Below, piece after piece: positions 42,695 through 56,359 of a DNA stretch of 64,000 bases. The stretch lies in the NCBI RefSeq assembly GCF_009914755.1, contig NC_060927.1. The stretch is one strand, 5' to 3'. Below the pieces are notes generated by a model. That model was given only the letters and a program-made list of their open reading frames with translations. It did no database searches and had not been told where the DNA came from. The stretch is from the human T2T-CHM13v2.0 reference genome, Homo sapiens. Positions within the stretch are counted from its first letter, which is position 1. Each line of letters opens with the position of its first letter. The position numbers were made by a program, and so were the translations under genes.

Positions 42695-43815
42695 ATGGAC
42701 CTTCTGGTTTAGAGAGTCTGTATATGTTGAACTTTAATGGATTTTTCCAATTTTCTAGTAGGTTACTTTCCAATAAGATTGTATCAATTAATGCTCTCAT
42801 GAGCAATGTATGAATAAAGTGACCATTTCTTTTGAGAAGTTTAATTTCAAAGAAAGAAAGCCACAACACAATCATTTTTCTTAGCATTTGGAAACTCATG
42901 GTAAGGATGATTACTGCTTACTATCACCACCACTACTGTTTAACGCTAAAACCATTGATTCTAAAAAACTACTACTGTTACTGTATTGATACAAAATCAG
43001 GAGCTATCATTTATCGCACAACTTTTATGAAACAGCCATTCCTACAGTGTCTTTATTAGCAGTATTTTGTTTATTTCTAGATATTAATCTCTGTTAGGTT
43101 GGTGAAGAATCTGAGCGTTAGAATACTTGAATGGTACACATAAGATCACTCAGCCTGTAACTCCTGCCACTTCCAACTGAAGCCAAACACACTATTCTGA
43201 AATTCTTTGAAAGACAGGACATCAAGTTGACGGCTCCAGCCCAAAGCTGCACATACATACATGTGTGCATGGATGCACACACACAAAGAGCCGTCTAAAA
43301 CTTAATGATTGGAGGAAATTGTGTCTTTTGTTCTTCATTTAAAATCATTTACTAGTAAGTAGATAGGAAAGCCATTTTGCTTGTTCTACTTCGAATATTA
43401 TTCCCAGATTCATTGTCTTCCTTCTTTATATCATCATCACCTGATGCTTTAAGTTTAATGCTCCATGAATGACTTCTTCTATAAAGGCAAAAATAAATAC
43501 ATTTCTTTTTCTACAGATTACATATACTTTTCTATATGTAATCATATGAGCTTTGCAAGTTGTTAAACCTCAGGAATATACATGAGTGCCTGGTTGTTGA
43601 AATATCTGAATTAACACTTCTAGCATAGAAGCTTAAATTTAATAAAACCTAAACAAATACACTAGTTTGGACCAAATAATTATTTTGATGCAGAACAAAA
43701 ACGTTGAGCCAATATGTGACCTTCCTTAGTGAATCTAGGACAAGTGGAGGAACGTTGGAGCCAAATAATCAAGATTACCAAACAATCAAGATTATGTTGG
43801 GTAAGACAAAATTGT

Positions 43816-43846
43816 AAAAAGAAAGAAAAGAAAAGAAAGAAAGAAA

Positions 43847-43882
<36 letters not shown>

Positions 43883-43903
43883 AAAAGGAAGAAAGAAAAA
43901 AGA
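43816..43903. repeat. (GAAA)n simple repeat
   Basis: Imperfect AAAG tetranucleotide run. Confidence 0.9.
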
Positions 43904-44759
43904 ACCAAGGTAACTATTAAATTCTTCATGAGATGAAGTAAGATAGACACAAAAACCAAAACATGATGTATTCTTAAATATGAGAAGCAGGAAATCTTGT
44001 CTAAAGAATAGAATCTAAAACCCAGAAGAGACAGACAGGTAGCTCCCTAGACAGAGCTAAAAATTGCAGAGCTCTTTCCAAATTTGGACAAACTATGACT
44101 TGTTTCCAAGAGCTATATCAGTAGAAGATGGCCTGTCATTGTACTTGGGTGTTTCAATGCAGGGAAGTTTGTCTTGATTTTAATTCCATATCATATCAGA
44201 GGCAAGGATGACAGTATAGGGTTAGAGGCTTACCACTGACCAAGAAATTTCTGTATTTGGAATAACTAGAGACACCAAAACCTAAACAAAAGTTGATATC
44301 CCCAAGTCCTTGATAAAGTCCTTAAAAGGTTAGAATTTCTTAAATTTGTCATTTGATCAAGACCCTGAAAATATGTTTATGTAAAATGAATTGTAACACA
44401 GGTACTTGTCAACATAATCTCCCCCATGAAACTAAACTTTAAAGAATTCCTTCTTTTCTTGAGTACAAAAGTACTCAAAGTACTTTTGTAATTCTGTTTT
44501 GACATATCTTATTTTGCCACATTATAACACTATTTAAGATGCAAGAGATGCCACATTCTTTATTCTTCAAAATAGTGTTGTGTTTAGCTGTCAGGAGCCC
44601 TTCACTCTTTTCTATGCAAAATCCAATATGTGTCATTTTCCATGGTTCTCCACCTGTCCCATGCACACTTACATTGGACTCTGCATACCGCCTGAGCAAT
44701 TGTTACATGTAGACTGAAAATTTTGGCCTCTGGAAAGATTCTCATTCCTCCATGTCCTC

Positions 44760-45086
44760 ATTTCTTAGTCAGTTTGTGCTTCTAAACAGTATGCCATGAC
44801 TGGGTAGCTTTTAAACAACAGAAAAGTATTCCTCACAGTTCTGGAGGCTGGAAGTCCAAGATCAAGGTGGCATCATGATAGGGTCCTGGTGAGGAACCTC
44901 TTTCAGTTGCAGTCAGCTGATTTCTCATTGTAGCCTCATATGGTGGAAAGAGAGCTAGAGAGTTATCTGAAGTCACGTTTATAAGTGCTATTCATAAGGG
45001 TTGCATAATTATCTTCTAAAGGCCCTATCTTCTAATACTACCATATTGGAGCTTAGAATTTCAGCATATGAATTTTGTGGGGACAA
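44760..45086 (-). mobile_element. MLT1A/B-type MaLR LTR
   Basis: tcttagtcagttt...cctcacagttctggaggctggaagtccaagatcaagg...tatgaattttgtggggaca. Confidence 0.75.
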
Positions 45087-45525
45087 AGCTCCTTGTGATT
45101 GGAAAATCCAAGCATATACTGTGGTTTGATCTGTTCACAATTCTTACAATGATTGATTTCTACCCATATACTCTTATTGGATGATCTTTCTTGAATGTAC
45201 CATTAAAGGTCTATAGTTGAGAGGACATTGATCAGAGCAGCTTAACCCTACATAGCTAAAACGCAAAAGAATGATAACATTCCCCCAGGAACCAGTGATT
45301 TACAAATCCACAAAGGCAGTGCAACCTGGTTACCTTTCCTATGAGTAGAAAAAAGGAAAAAGCCCATGTAATTTTTCTGCTGCTGAGTCTGTTGCAGTAA
45401 AGAAACAAACCACAGAATTATTTCTGCATTAAATTATTATCATCCATGCTTGCCATAATTCAGGACTAACCCTATTGTTCTTTACAAAGATGGACTATCT
45501 GTGCTCACAGTAACTATCTAAACAG

Positions 45526-45689
<164 letters not shown>

Positions 45690-47627
45690 CTAAACATTTT
45701 TTAGAAAGTATCAACTGAGATGTTAACTTTTCCCTCAACATTTCCCCCTTATATTTGATGTTTGTGTACCACCCAAAATGCTTCTGATGGATGTGAATTA
45801 GGGATGTTTTGCTCTTTTATTCTTGATTATATTTTCCAGAGATCCACTTTTGTCAATTTATGGCTTAAGAAATAAAGTCTTAGATGTATGATTGCCACCT
45901 CTTTCTATTTTCATTATTTAAAAATGGTTTTTTGATGTTTATAGCTCTCTTTTGAAACCCTTTCTTTAATATCAGTTTAACCTTCTGTGGCAGAACTGAT
46001 AATGGAGTTTTTGAGATGATGATTTGGCCACTGCCTATATGTTTTAATCTATACTATTTCATTTTTTATTAAAATATTATTTAATTATTTACTACAATAT
46101 TGAGAAATATTCTGTTTTGATTAATGCAAATAGTCTGCTATGCTGAATGGAAATTTGTTTTGAAAAATTTATTTTAGTTATTAACATTTACAGTTTCTAT
46201 TTTTTTAATGTATTGAGAGTATCATTCTGGCTAAATATATAAAAATTATATAAATAGTTCAATGAAAATATAAATGGAGATTTTAAAAGATGAGTATCAG
46301 CTAAAGATTTCTATATGATTTGGCTCCATTATGCTGATCAGAATTCACCAAATCCTCTGTGTTTTAAAATTTATGTATTCTTGTATAAGGTAAACTAATG
46401 ATAATGTGTTAAAATGAGCCTATAAAATTAGACTTATGTTGGTTTGTCTTAAAATTTATTAATATGACTCCTTGCCATATAACCATGTAAATTAGCCTTG
46501 TTTAGTGGATTACCACTATCTAAGAGCAATGACTGTCAAATTCTAACATGACAAACCGTCAATATTTGTGCAGTGATTCAGCTTCGGTCCCTTTTGTCAA
46601 ATACAATTCATGGATCATATAACTTTTTTTCCATAGTTCCAATCACAGCCTTGCAATCCTTCTCATACACCCCTTCATGCAACTATAATCATTCAACTGG
46701 AGTTACTCAGGAAATAGATTCCATTTTCCATACTTGTTTCATTTGGTATCCTCTAATGTGCCCAACATGTTGCTTCCAACCTTGTGGATACACAGCCTTT
46801 GTTTAATAAATTGCACCGAAGTGAAACAAACAACATAAGCTCAATAAAATTGCACAAACATTATAATTTCAAAAGAATGTAGATGTTCAGTGTTCATATA
46901 TATATATATATTTAAATCAAATAATGAGAAGCTTATGCAGTTTAAATATAAATTCATCACTTGCAACCACATATAAATAAAATAAATTTTATTGCAAATA
47001 TCCCGTATAGCACCTGAACCAAGGAAAAAAGATCGAAGTGAGCTATGTAAAGTCTGTTACCCAGGGCATAGTCAAAGGTCTAGAAGAATGAGAAAAGAAT
47101 ATCAGTTACCCTGCCTGTGCGGTCCTTAATTTAATGTTCTATTCAGAACTTGAAACAGACTAGACTTAACACAAATTGAAATTCAAGCTTAAGGAAGCAT
47201 GGAACAGCAACAACTTCATTTCCTTTCTTCAAAAAAAAGAAAATTCAGTTCTCTTTCTCCATCGTTGCTGCCACTGACTTCTGTAGAATATCCCTCTCCA
47301 TCCCTTTTTGTGTATTGTATATATGTGCTTGAGTATTTTGAATAAATATATAATACTACATCTAAAAATTAAAGATTATCAGCATTACAAAATAACATGT
47401 CTATTGAACCTATAAAAATTAAAGTTTTTATAGGTTTATTTTATAGCATTTATGTTCTGCATACCACTCTTTTAAATTGCTGTGTTTAATTAAAACAGTA
47501 TTATTTATCTTTTGATTTTTATTCATTATTTTGTTTTTATTTAATATATATATTTATTTTTTATTAACGACCTCCATTGATTTAGTATGTTTCTTTGTGC
47601 CAAGCAATGCATTTAATATAAGAATTT

Positions 47628-50450
47628 TTTTCATTCATTTATTTACTAACTCATATATTAAATCAACAGATGTTTTATTAGTGGCAACTCTTTCAGACTT
47701 TTGTGATACAGTGGAGATTAAGATAGTGTAAGAGCTTTGCTCTTATAGCATTTATATTCTAGTGGGATAATAAAAATACATACTGGAATAATATCTGATA
47801 GAGAAGGGACTATGAGGAAACTGAGCAGGATAAAGTGTAGGTGGATGAGACGGGGGTGGGGGATGACCAGGTGGCCAGGAAAAGCCTCTCTGGACTCTAA
47901 GGGTAGGTGAGAGCATGTGATGAGCAGAAAAGCAAAGCATCTAAGCCTAGAGAACAGCAGCAGGAACTTGGCTTAGAGGTTGTAAGCAGCAGAGATCAGA
48001 CAATTGTGATAAAATGTGGTGACAGGGGACTGGATGTAGAATAAAATAAAGTTGGAGAATAAACAGGGGCAAAATAATCTGAGGCTATGAAGACCATGGT
48101 TACATGTTTCAATTTATATCCTTGTGCAGTGGGGAGCCATTTGAAGGGGAGTTGCGTAATTTGAATTTCATTTGAAAATGATCATTTAAGGGAACAAGGG
48201 CAGAAGGAGAGAGATCAAATAGGAGGCTATTGTTATGGTCTAGACCTAGGGTAATGCTTTTGACTAAGGTCAAAGGAATGAAGGTGATAAAATAAATCAA
48301 ATAACTTTTGGGTTATTTTAAAGGTAGAGTTAATAGTATTTGAGTGTGTTAGGGATAAAGAGAAATCAAAGAGCTGACAGGATTTAAATATGAACCATAG
48401 AGAGGAATTAAAGGCAACAACAAAGATTTTGGATTAGGCATTTGTAGGAACAGAAGTTGCCTTTTACTGAGATGAGAAAGACAGAAAAGAAAAAGTAGGC
48501 TTTGGGGGGATATCAAGAGTGTGTTTTTAGGAAGATAAACTTTGATATGTCAAGTTGGCTCTTGTGTATATGAGTCTTGAGTTGAAGGGAAAGGTCAGGG
48601 ATGGACTTATAAATTTGAGTATCAGTTTATTAATGTCACTTAGAACTTGGATGCTGGATGAGATCACCTGGCAAGCAGAGAAACAAAAGAGAGGAGGTCA
48701 GAGGACTAAGCCCTATAGCTCTACTGTTTTTAGAAGTTGGGAAAATGAGAATAGACAGCACAGGAAATAAAGAAGGATAAACTAGACAAAAAGGGAATTA
48801 ACCAAGAGAGACTGGGTCCCAAAACATAAGTGAAGAAGAGCGTGATCCCTGTCAAATGCTGCTAAGTGGTAGAGTAGGAGTAGGATGAGGTAGTCATTAG
48901 ATTTCACAATTTGCAGTTCTTGATGACCTTTAAAAAGGCTATTTCATTTGAATAATTACTGGAGTGATCCTAAAACAGACAGGACAAATGGAGTTGAAAA
49001 CTGTGGTACTGAGCATTATTTTGAAGATTTTTGCTACAAAGAACAGTATTGACGTTCTATGATTGGAGAAAGACATGGAGTGAAGAAAGGTCTGTTCTTA
49101 ACATTCAAGTAACTGCAGCATACTTAAACATTACTGTGAATTATTTTGTTCAACTGGGGTCAAAAACTGTGCTGTAAAGGGCAGATAGTAAATATTTTTA
49201 GCTTAACTGGCCCTATAGTCTCTGTGGCAACTACTTAACTCTGCTACTGCAGTGTGAAGGCAACCATAGATGAGTGAGCAAGGCTGTGCCCCAGTGAAAC
49301 TTTCTATGTGGATGCTAATTTTTGAATTTCATATTATTTTACATGCCATGAAATATAATTCGGTTTGACATTTTTTCAGCCATTGAAAAATGTTGGAATT
49401 ATTCTTAACTCAGGCATCTAGCCAAATTTGGCCTGTGAGCCATCCTCGGCTGATCCCTGCTGTAGAAGACAAAATCTGATGTTTGCCAGAAAGTGGGAGG
49501 ACGGAGCTAGGTACTTTCATGGGGATGAGAATAGGCAATCCAGAGAAAAAGTGGAGGGTTGACCTGAGATAAGCACTTCATGACAAGGGAGAAGAAGGTT
49601 GAGGATGTGGATACAGATGCAGATTAGTTGGTAGATTTGGTGCTGGAAGTGCATGGAAGTATTCTTCTGATCTTTTGTCTTCTCAGGGAAACGTTTAAGC
49701 AAATCTTTCAGCTGAGAGAAGCAAGTAGGTAGGAGATATTAAAAGTTGAAGGAGAGTAAAGGGTTTATAATAGGAACCATGTAGAAGCAGAAAGTGAATT
49801 AGCTAGGGAAAAGCTGTGAGACTGAGAGGCAAGCAGTAAGAGCCCACTTGAGATTTCTGCCATGAATTTAAAACGAGACCTGTCAGCATGGCTCCATATT
49901 TTTTTCAGGAGTCTTCATCTGCTTGGGTATGGGCCCTAAGTAGGGAAAAGCTTGAATTTAAACAAATTTGGTATTTTTCCAGGTGGAATGATGGAAAAAG
50001 AAAGGCCAAGGGAGTTAGTATTTGCAAAGGAGTGATGACTGTGACTGACCCTGTAATTTGAGCTGCATGAGAAGAGAAGTGAGGATATAATGGGAGTGAT
50101 GGAAAGTCAAAAAGGTGAAAAGGTAAATAAATTAGAAGTCCCAAGGAGAAAAAAGAAAAAAAAAGAAAAACTTTGGGAGACGGGATATGAGAGGGACAAA
50201 GTTGAAAGACAGGAGGTGGTGTTTGGAGAGTACAATGTTTGTAATACAGATCAAGGAGGTGGTGTGTTTTACATTGTTAGTGACCATGAAAGTGGGTGAC
50301 AAGTGTAGATCATTGGGGCTGTTGATGTTAGGGAAGAAAGACTTAGAAAGTAATGCACTGGAAGCCTCATCTATGAAAATGTTTAAATCACTAAGAGTCA
50401 TGACAAGAAGGCTAGGATGGGACATGGAGAGAACTATATTCTTCAAGAAT
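47628..50450 (-). mobile_element. Fragmented L2 LINE
   Basis: ttcattcatt tail motif at the left end; purine-rich L2-like body; L2-like peptide fragments (ITLGLDHNNSLLFDL; LSDLNIFIDE). Confidence 0.7.
49154..49459. mobile_element. MER58 DNA transposon
   Basis: ctggggtcaaaaact...taaagggcagatagtaaatattttt...tttggcctgtgagc...tccctg. Confidence 0.75.
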
Positions 50451-50461
50451 TGAAGGAGGCA

Positions 50462-50968
50462 GTTTTTAAAAATTGTATATTGAGGAGTACATGTGCAGGT
50501 TTGTTATAAGAGTATATTGCATAATGCTGGGATTTGGGCTTCTGTTGAACCCAACATCCAAATAGTGAACGTAGTACCTGATAGGTTGTTTTTCAGCCCA
50601 TTCCTCCCTCCCTCACTCTCCACTTTTGGAATATCTTCTTTATTGTTTCCATCTTTATGTCCACGTGTACCCATTGTTTAGCTCCCACTTACAAGTGAGA
50701 ACATGTGGTATCTGATTTTCTTTTGTGTGAATTCTTTTAAAATAATGGTCTCCAGCTGCATCCATGCTGCTGCAAAGGTCATATTTTTTTTGGCTGCATA
50801 GCATTCCATGGTGTATACGTACCATGTGTTCTTTGCCAATCCATCACTGATGGGCACTTAGTTTGATTCCATGACCTTGCTATTGTGAATAGTGCTGTGA
50901 TAAACATACACATGCTGGTATCTTTTTGATAGAACAATTTCTTTTCCTTTGGGGAGGTAACCAGTAAT
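50462..50968 (-). mobile_element. L1PB/L1PA16-like 3' end fragment
   Basis: gtacatgtgcaggtttgtta...gctcccacttacaagtgagaacatg; ORF2 C-terminal-like peptide MFITALFTIARSWNQTKCP. Confidence 0.8.
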
Positions 50969-52674
50969 GGTTTCCAAGACAATGCTTATCTCTCTAGCCA
51001 TTATAATATGCTGCTTCCTAGAAGGCTATACCTGTGTGATGTAGTTTGCAGTAAAAGGCAGGTTGAATCCCTTTAATAACAAACCTTGAATATTTTCAGT
51101 TAGACTTGCTACTTCTACTGTACTGCACATGCAGCTCCCCTGAAACCAAGGAGTCATCCTAATTCCTGACCACACCTCTTGCCTTCCGAATTTGTTCTTG
51201 GGATCAAACTGGAGTCCTGAAAATGTCCCCAAAGTCTCTTCCTGCTCCTTCTTCATCAAATCCAATGTATCTTATTCTTTTTCCTTCTCCTGCCTAACTC
51301 TTATGGCATCAAATATCTAGGAATGTTTTATTATTTTCTGAACGTATAAGTTACTTCTGTCTTCCCAACTGTCCTGTAAGTTCTGTAACGGTAAAACCAT
51401 GTTTTTTGCTTTCCATATCTCACTCAACCCCTACTAGGCTCTAAGTGCACAGTCAGAAGTGGAACTTTTTGATTGATTAAGCTCGTCATCATGCAATAGC
51501 AGAATAAAAGTTTTTCGATTATTCCTTGAATTCACTAAACTATAACTAACACCTAAAAATCTATTAAATCAATAAATAATAAATTTCAGAAGTGGCATAA
51601 AACAAGACAATATTAAAAAGGCTTCATAGCAGACATTTGGTATTTGGTAAAAATGAACTTATTCATAATTCTATGAATTCATATTGGATGCACTAACATA
51701 CTTGTAAAAAAGTGTTCATCCTGTTGTCTTTTTTATTATTTAAGGGGAAATCTTAAAGGCCAAAAAACTTGTGAAGTTCAATAATTAAAGTCAAGTAAAT
51801 GTTCTATCTTGTTATTAAGGTAATTGGAAATTGAAGGCAATTTTGTGAAATGGAACACTGGAGAGAAATATTCAGAAGCAGAATGCAGCAGTGGAGACGT
51901 AGTGACAAAAGACAAGTGCTCTTCTCAAATGGCTTATTTCCAACAGTTTTTGAAAGCATTGACATTTGGTTTGGTTCTTTCCTATTGGTCTATATCTTGT
52001 TTCATATCGTCTCTTGGCAAGGGCAACAGAGTATAGTTGAGTTAAGGGAAGTTAAAAAAAACACAAAGAAAATTCTGCCTTCATGGTCATTACAGACCAG
52101 TCCTTGGCTCATAGTTTTTTCTTCAGAGAGTGCAACAATAATTATGGACTGTTAAACGGATCTTTTTTCCTTTCTTTCCATAGGAAAGGTCTCAAATTGT
52201 AGTGATGTGATTAATTGACTCTGTCATAAGTTATATGGAATTATATTTCTTTTTCAGATTTTACTTTTTCTCTCCATTTAATAGTCTGATTTATTTTAAT
52301 GGCTATAATGTATTCTGGCAAAATCCATTTAATTTTGCATTATCTATATTGAATGCCTTTAATAAAAGTATTAATCCAAAAAGCATGGAAGAATATCCTG
52401 AAAATGATAAATGAGACTTAGTGTTTGTTTTATGAATCAGTGCCATCTTAATAATTTTGCAAATGTATATGGTTTATATAAGAAACCTGAGATAGCAGAA
52501 TGCCCTTCAATAAAATCACACTGGCTAAAATGTTTATGAGGAAAGAGATATATTTCTTTACATTTCTTGTATTTTCTATTCTTATGTTTGGATGTAGTAA
52601 GTGAACATTGGAGATGTTAACCTAGAAGTTTCTTGTAAACAGTAACTATTTAAATAAGAGTAGTTAAGTGTTAA

Positions 52675-52733
52675 ATTATATATAATATATATATATATAA
52701 AACAGATATATACATATATACACATATGTGTGT

Positions 52734-52768
<35 letters not shown>

Positions 52769-53033
52769 CGACACACAGTCTCACTCTACCACCCAGGCTG
52801 GAGTGCAGTGGCACAATCACAGCTCACTGCAACCTTGACTTCCCGGGCTCGAGCAATCCTCCCACTTCAGTATTTTGAGTAGCTGGGACTACAGGCGTGG
52901 AACACCACACCTGGCTAATTTTTTGTATTTTTAGTGGAGACAGGGTTTCGCCATGTTGCCTGGACTCAAGCGATCCACCTGCCTCGGCCTCCCAAAATGT
53001 TGGGATTATAGGCACAAGCCATTGCACCTGGCC
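52675..53033 (-). mobile_element. AluJ with internal deletion and (TA)n-rich tail
   Basis: Alu body at about 52775-53033; TA repeat at 52675-52770. Confidence 0.85.
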
Positions 53034-53460
53034 TAAATGATAAAATTTTTTAATGGGAGAAATTTTATTTTATATGTTTTATCAGGTTCACAACTGATAT
53101 CTACTGTGTACCTTGCTTGTTCTCTTTGCATCTGTTTTAGTTGATCTGGATATCCTATGGCAATTATAATAACAAAAACAGCGACATAAATAATTACTTA
53201 GTACTTACTATGTACCAGCCCTGTCCCAAGAACTTCACAGCTAATAAATGTTCACACTCAAACAAAATACCTTTGTAGGAACCAGAAAATGCTGTTAATA
53301 TGGAAAAAGACAAAACTGATAGTCTTCTCTAATGCTTCCAACATCATTCAGTATTGAGATTCTAACAGAGTCAAATGTTCTTATCTGTAAGGCTATCTTA
53401 CAATATCCAACATTATGAATTATAATTAGGGCAATGAGGTTTTCTTATTGTCTCTAAAAG

Positions 53461-53545
53461 TTTTTTCCTTCCATTATAATACTTAATTTTTTCCTTCCAT
53501 TATAATACTTAATTTTTTCCTTCCATTATAACACTTAATTTTTTT
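53461..53545. repeat. 26-bp tandem repeat, about 3 copies
   Basis: ttttttccttccattataatacttaa at 53461, 53487 and 53513 (one substitution in copy 3). Confidence 0.92.
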
Positions 53546-54807
53546 ACTACGCAGGAAGTTGTTAGTAGTGTCTATAATCATTTTGGTCATATATCAGATT
53601 AAAAATAACTTTAGTGACTGGGAGTATTTTCTTAAATATATATGCAACACACTTGGTATTTTTATCTCAGGGCTCAGAAAGACCTTAAAGTTTATGTAGC
53701 TAACTCATTGTAGAACATCCTCTTTTACCACTTTCTGGTTTACAATTGTATTCTTTATGTCTAGCATTTTATGCCAAACTTAAAATAATAGACCTACAAT
53801 AAACGCTTGTTGAATGAGTGAAAGCAGGGTCAGGCAAAGCACTTCCTCTTCTCTGATGATAGATAACCTGTTCTTTATGAAGAAACCATCTTTTATAATA
53901 AAGAGAGAGATGTCATGATATGAAGCTCCAGCTGCTCTTCAGATTTAGACCTGATTCGCTGCCTTGATTCCTTTATATATGTCTACAGGACACCAATAAC
54001 AGCAAGCACTTTTCAAAAAAATGATAAGTAAGGCATTTTCAAATGTCTTATTGATATTAGTCAAAAAAATAAACTTAGGTTTTATCTGAATTCCTTTTTA
54101 ATTTTGATATGTGATGTTAGGTAGATAGAATTTTAAAAAGCTTAATAGGAACCAGGAGCAGAGTGTGTCAACATACATCGTAGTACATGTTTCTCAGAAT
54201 CTTTAAAGAAACATACAGTACATTTTCTCTAAAGGAGAAAGTTTAGTGAAGGAATGCTTCATTCTTTATCAAAAATATAATTTTTTATCATTATACATGG
54301 ATTTTGACAAATTTTCCTGCTAATCATGATTAAACCTGTTGGCACAAACATTTTGCTCTTTCAAAACCAAACCAAAGTATTATATATTTACCATTTTTTC
54401 TTAATAAAATATATTCCCCTTGCACATTTTTTATTTTTCAGAGTCATCCTGTTGGGTTTAGGGAAAATTTTGCTTTCTTCATATTATAGTTGTTTGATTT
54501 TTCAGAGAAGCTTGGTAAGTGTTTCCCAGTTTCAGAAATATTTTTGTGGAAGTCATTTATACAGATTATAGCAAATGTATTAAGGAAAAAAAACACTAGG
54601 TCTGTATCTTTGATATATCAAACAATGATACTGCTTTGATTGATTCCGCTGAGCAATGAGTTAATTTGGTGAGATGTTAATGGAATAATTTGTTTGAGAT
54701 CCAATTACTATGTTTGAATCTCATAAGATTTTTATTCCCAGTTCAACCCACCGTTTATGGATGATCTTTAGACAAATCATTGTCAATTCAACAAACTCCA
54801 CGTTCGC

Positions 54808-55016
54808 CTGTCATTTTAACAACAAAGACTGATGTTGACCATAATTAAACTAATTGAACAGTAAGTAGGTGCTATATAATACAATTAGTGCAAAATAAGA
54901 GGAGATTTCCAACCGCTTTCATTTGCTTTCCTCTGGAATACGGTGGTCTGGAGCTTAGTTACAATTCACATTGATTTTACTATGTTTTCAGTGTGTTTGA
55001 AATTACTTTTCAAAAT
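54808..55016 (+). repeat. Copy 1 of a ~208-bp dispersed direct duplication
   Basis: About 90% identical (manual count) to 56360-56567. Confidence 0.9.
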
Positions 55017-55144
55017 GCCAGATACTACATTGGATTTTAGAGAAACAAAAATATTAATCAAGTCTTCTATCTGTGTTACGGAAACTTAAGTTCAAGTTTG
55101 AAATAAGTGGTCAATTTTTTCTTATTCTCTCCATCCCTTAGTCC

Positions 55145-55555
55145 AAAAGTCTCAAACTCACGTTTTTATTTCTACCAGAGTCAAAAAATAAGCTTCATGA
55201 CCATAGTGGACCTCATGCCACACTATAGGGGGTGGCAGGGACTCTAGCATCAGGGAATCATGAGATTCATGTAATAACAACAGTCATTCAAATTCAGGGC
55301 ACCATTGCCTTCAGGGACTGTGCACCCAAGGCTGATACACTGGATTTTTCAAGAGAAACCAGAATAAAGGACTTTAGGTGAAAATATCTTGATTTTTAAA
55401 AAAATACTGGTAACTAAATTTGAGACTACCAAAATATTGTGCAGACCAAGGAAAATATTTCTGGAACTAACTGTGTCCAGTAGCTCCCAGTTTATTGCAA
55501 GGAAAGTATTTCTGGAATTAACTGTGTCCAGGAGCTCCCAGTTTATCGCATCTCA
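55145..55555. mobile_element. MER45-like hAT-Tip100 element with a terminal 51-bp tandem duplication (55447-55548)
   Basis: ggatttttcaagagaaaccag...gtgaaaatatcttgattttt motif; caaggaaaatatttctgg...tttattg repeated twice. Confidence 0.6.
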
Positions 55556-56359
55556 CAGATACTCTTGGACAAGAGTGTCCAGTGGGATTTACTCCATCAT
55601 CTTGCTTTGTGGAGTTCCCTCAGAGCTGGAATAGTAAAATCAGAATGACTCTCCCTTAATCTGTATCTTATTTTCTTAGTTCTGTGCATAACTTCCAGTG
55701 ACTTGGTTACAAATTGTTGTCTTATGCACCAATTTATTTTATGAGCCTACCCTAAATATGTAAATAACAAATGTTTGCTTAAATTGTAGAAAATTTAGGC
55801 TGCTTGCTCTACTGGGAATACTTAAAGTGTTTGAAGTAAATTTCTTGTTGCTACCTAATAGTTAAGTTCCTGGGTTTTACAAACTTTAACGGTGAGTTTT
55901 CAGACTGCACATGAAATACACACATGCATATACACACATACAGTAGCTTAAACTCTATATGAAGATTAAATTACACATTTAATTTAATGAGCTGCTTAAT
56001 TCTCAAGATTTTTTTTCATTGTCAAATTAATTATTTTTGCTACTTAGAGCATGTTCAAGTTTGCGGTTGTTTGAGTTCATTCTATAACTGTAAGGATACC
56101 TTGAATTTATTTTTGTTGGATAAAGAAACAAAAATATCATAAAATCATGCAACATTCAGTCAACTATGGAGGTACATATACAAATGACCACAAGAAATAA
56201 AAATCCAAGTGATATTTATACAAAATTTATTTTAATTTTAATCACTTCAACTGTATAGAATGACTGAAAATGGATGGTAATTATCTATGTTATGCACAAC
56301 ATCTATTTATTATCCATCTGGCAAGGCTGGTCCTAAAACAGTAGCAGAATCATATTCTT

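Noticed and set aside
51824-52200. Overlapping 70- and 101-aa ORFs and an acceptor-like tract (ctttctttccatag) in unique sequence
   Set aside because: No recognisable protein similarity and no convincing acceptor-donor pair.
53461-55548. Short direct repeats as a possible CRISPR-like array
   Set aside because: Units are adjacent with no spacers, the DNA is eukaryotic, and there are no cas genes.
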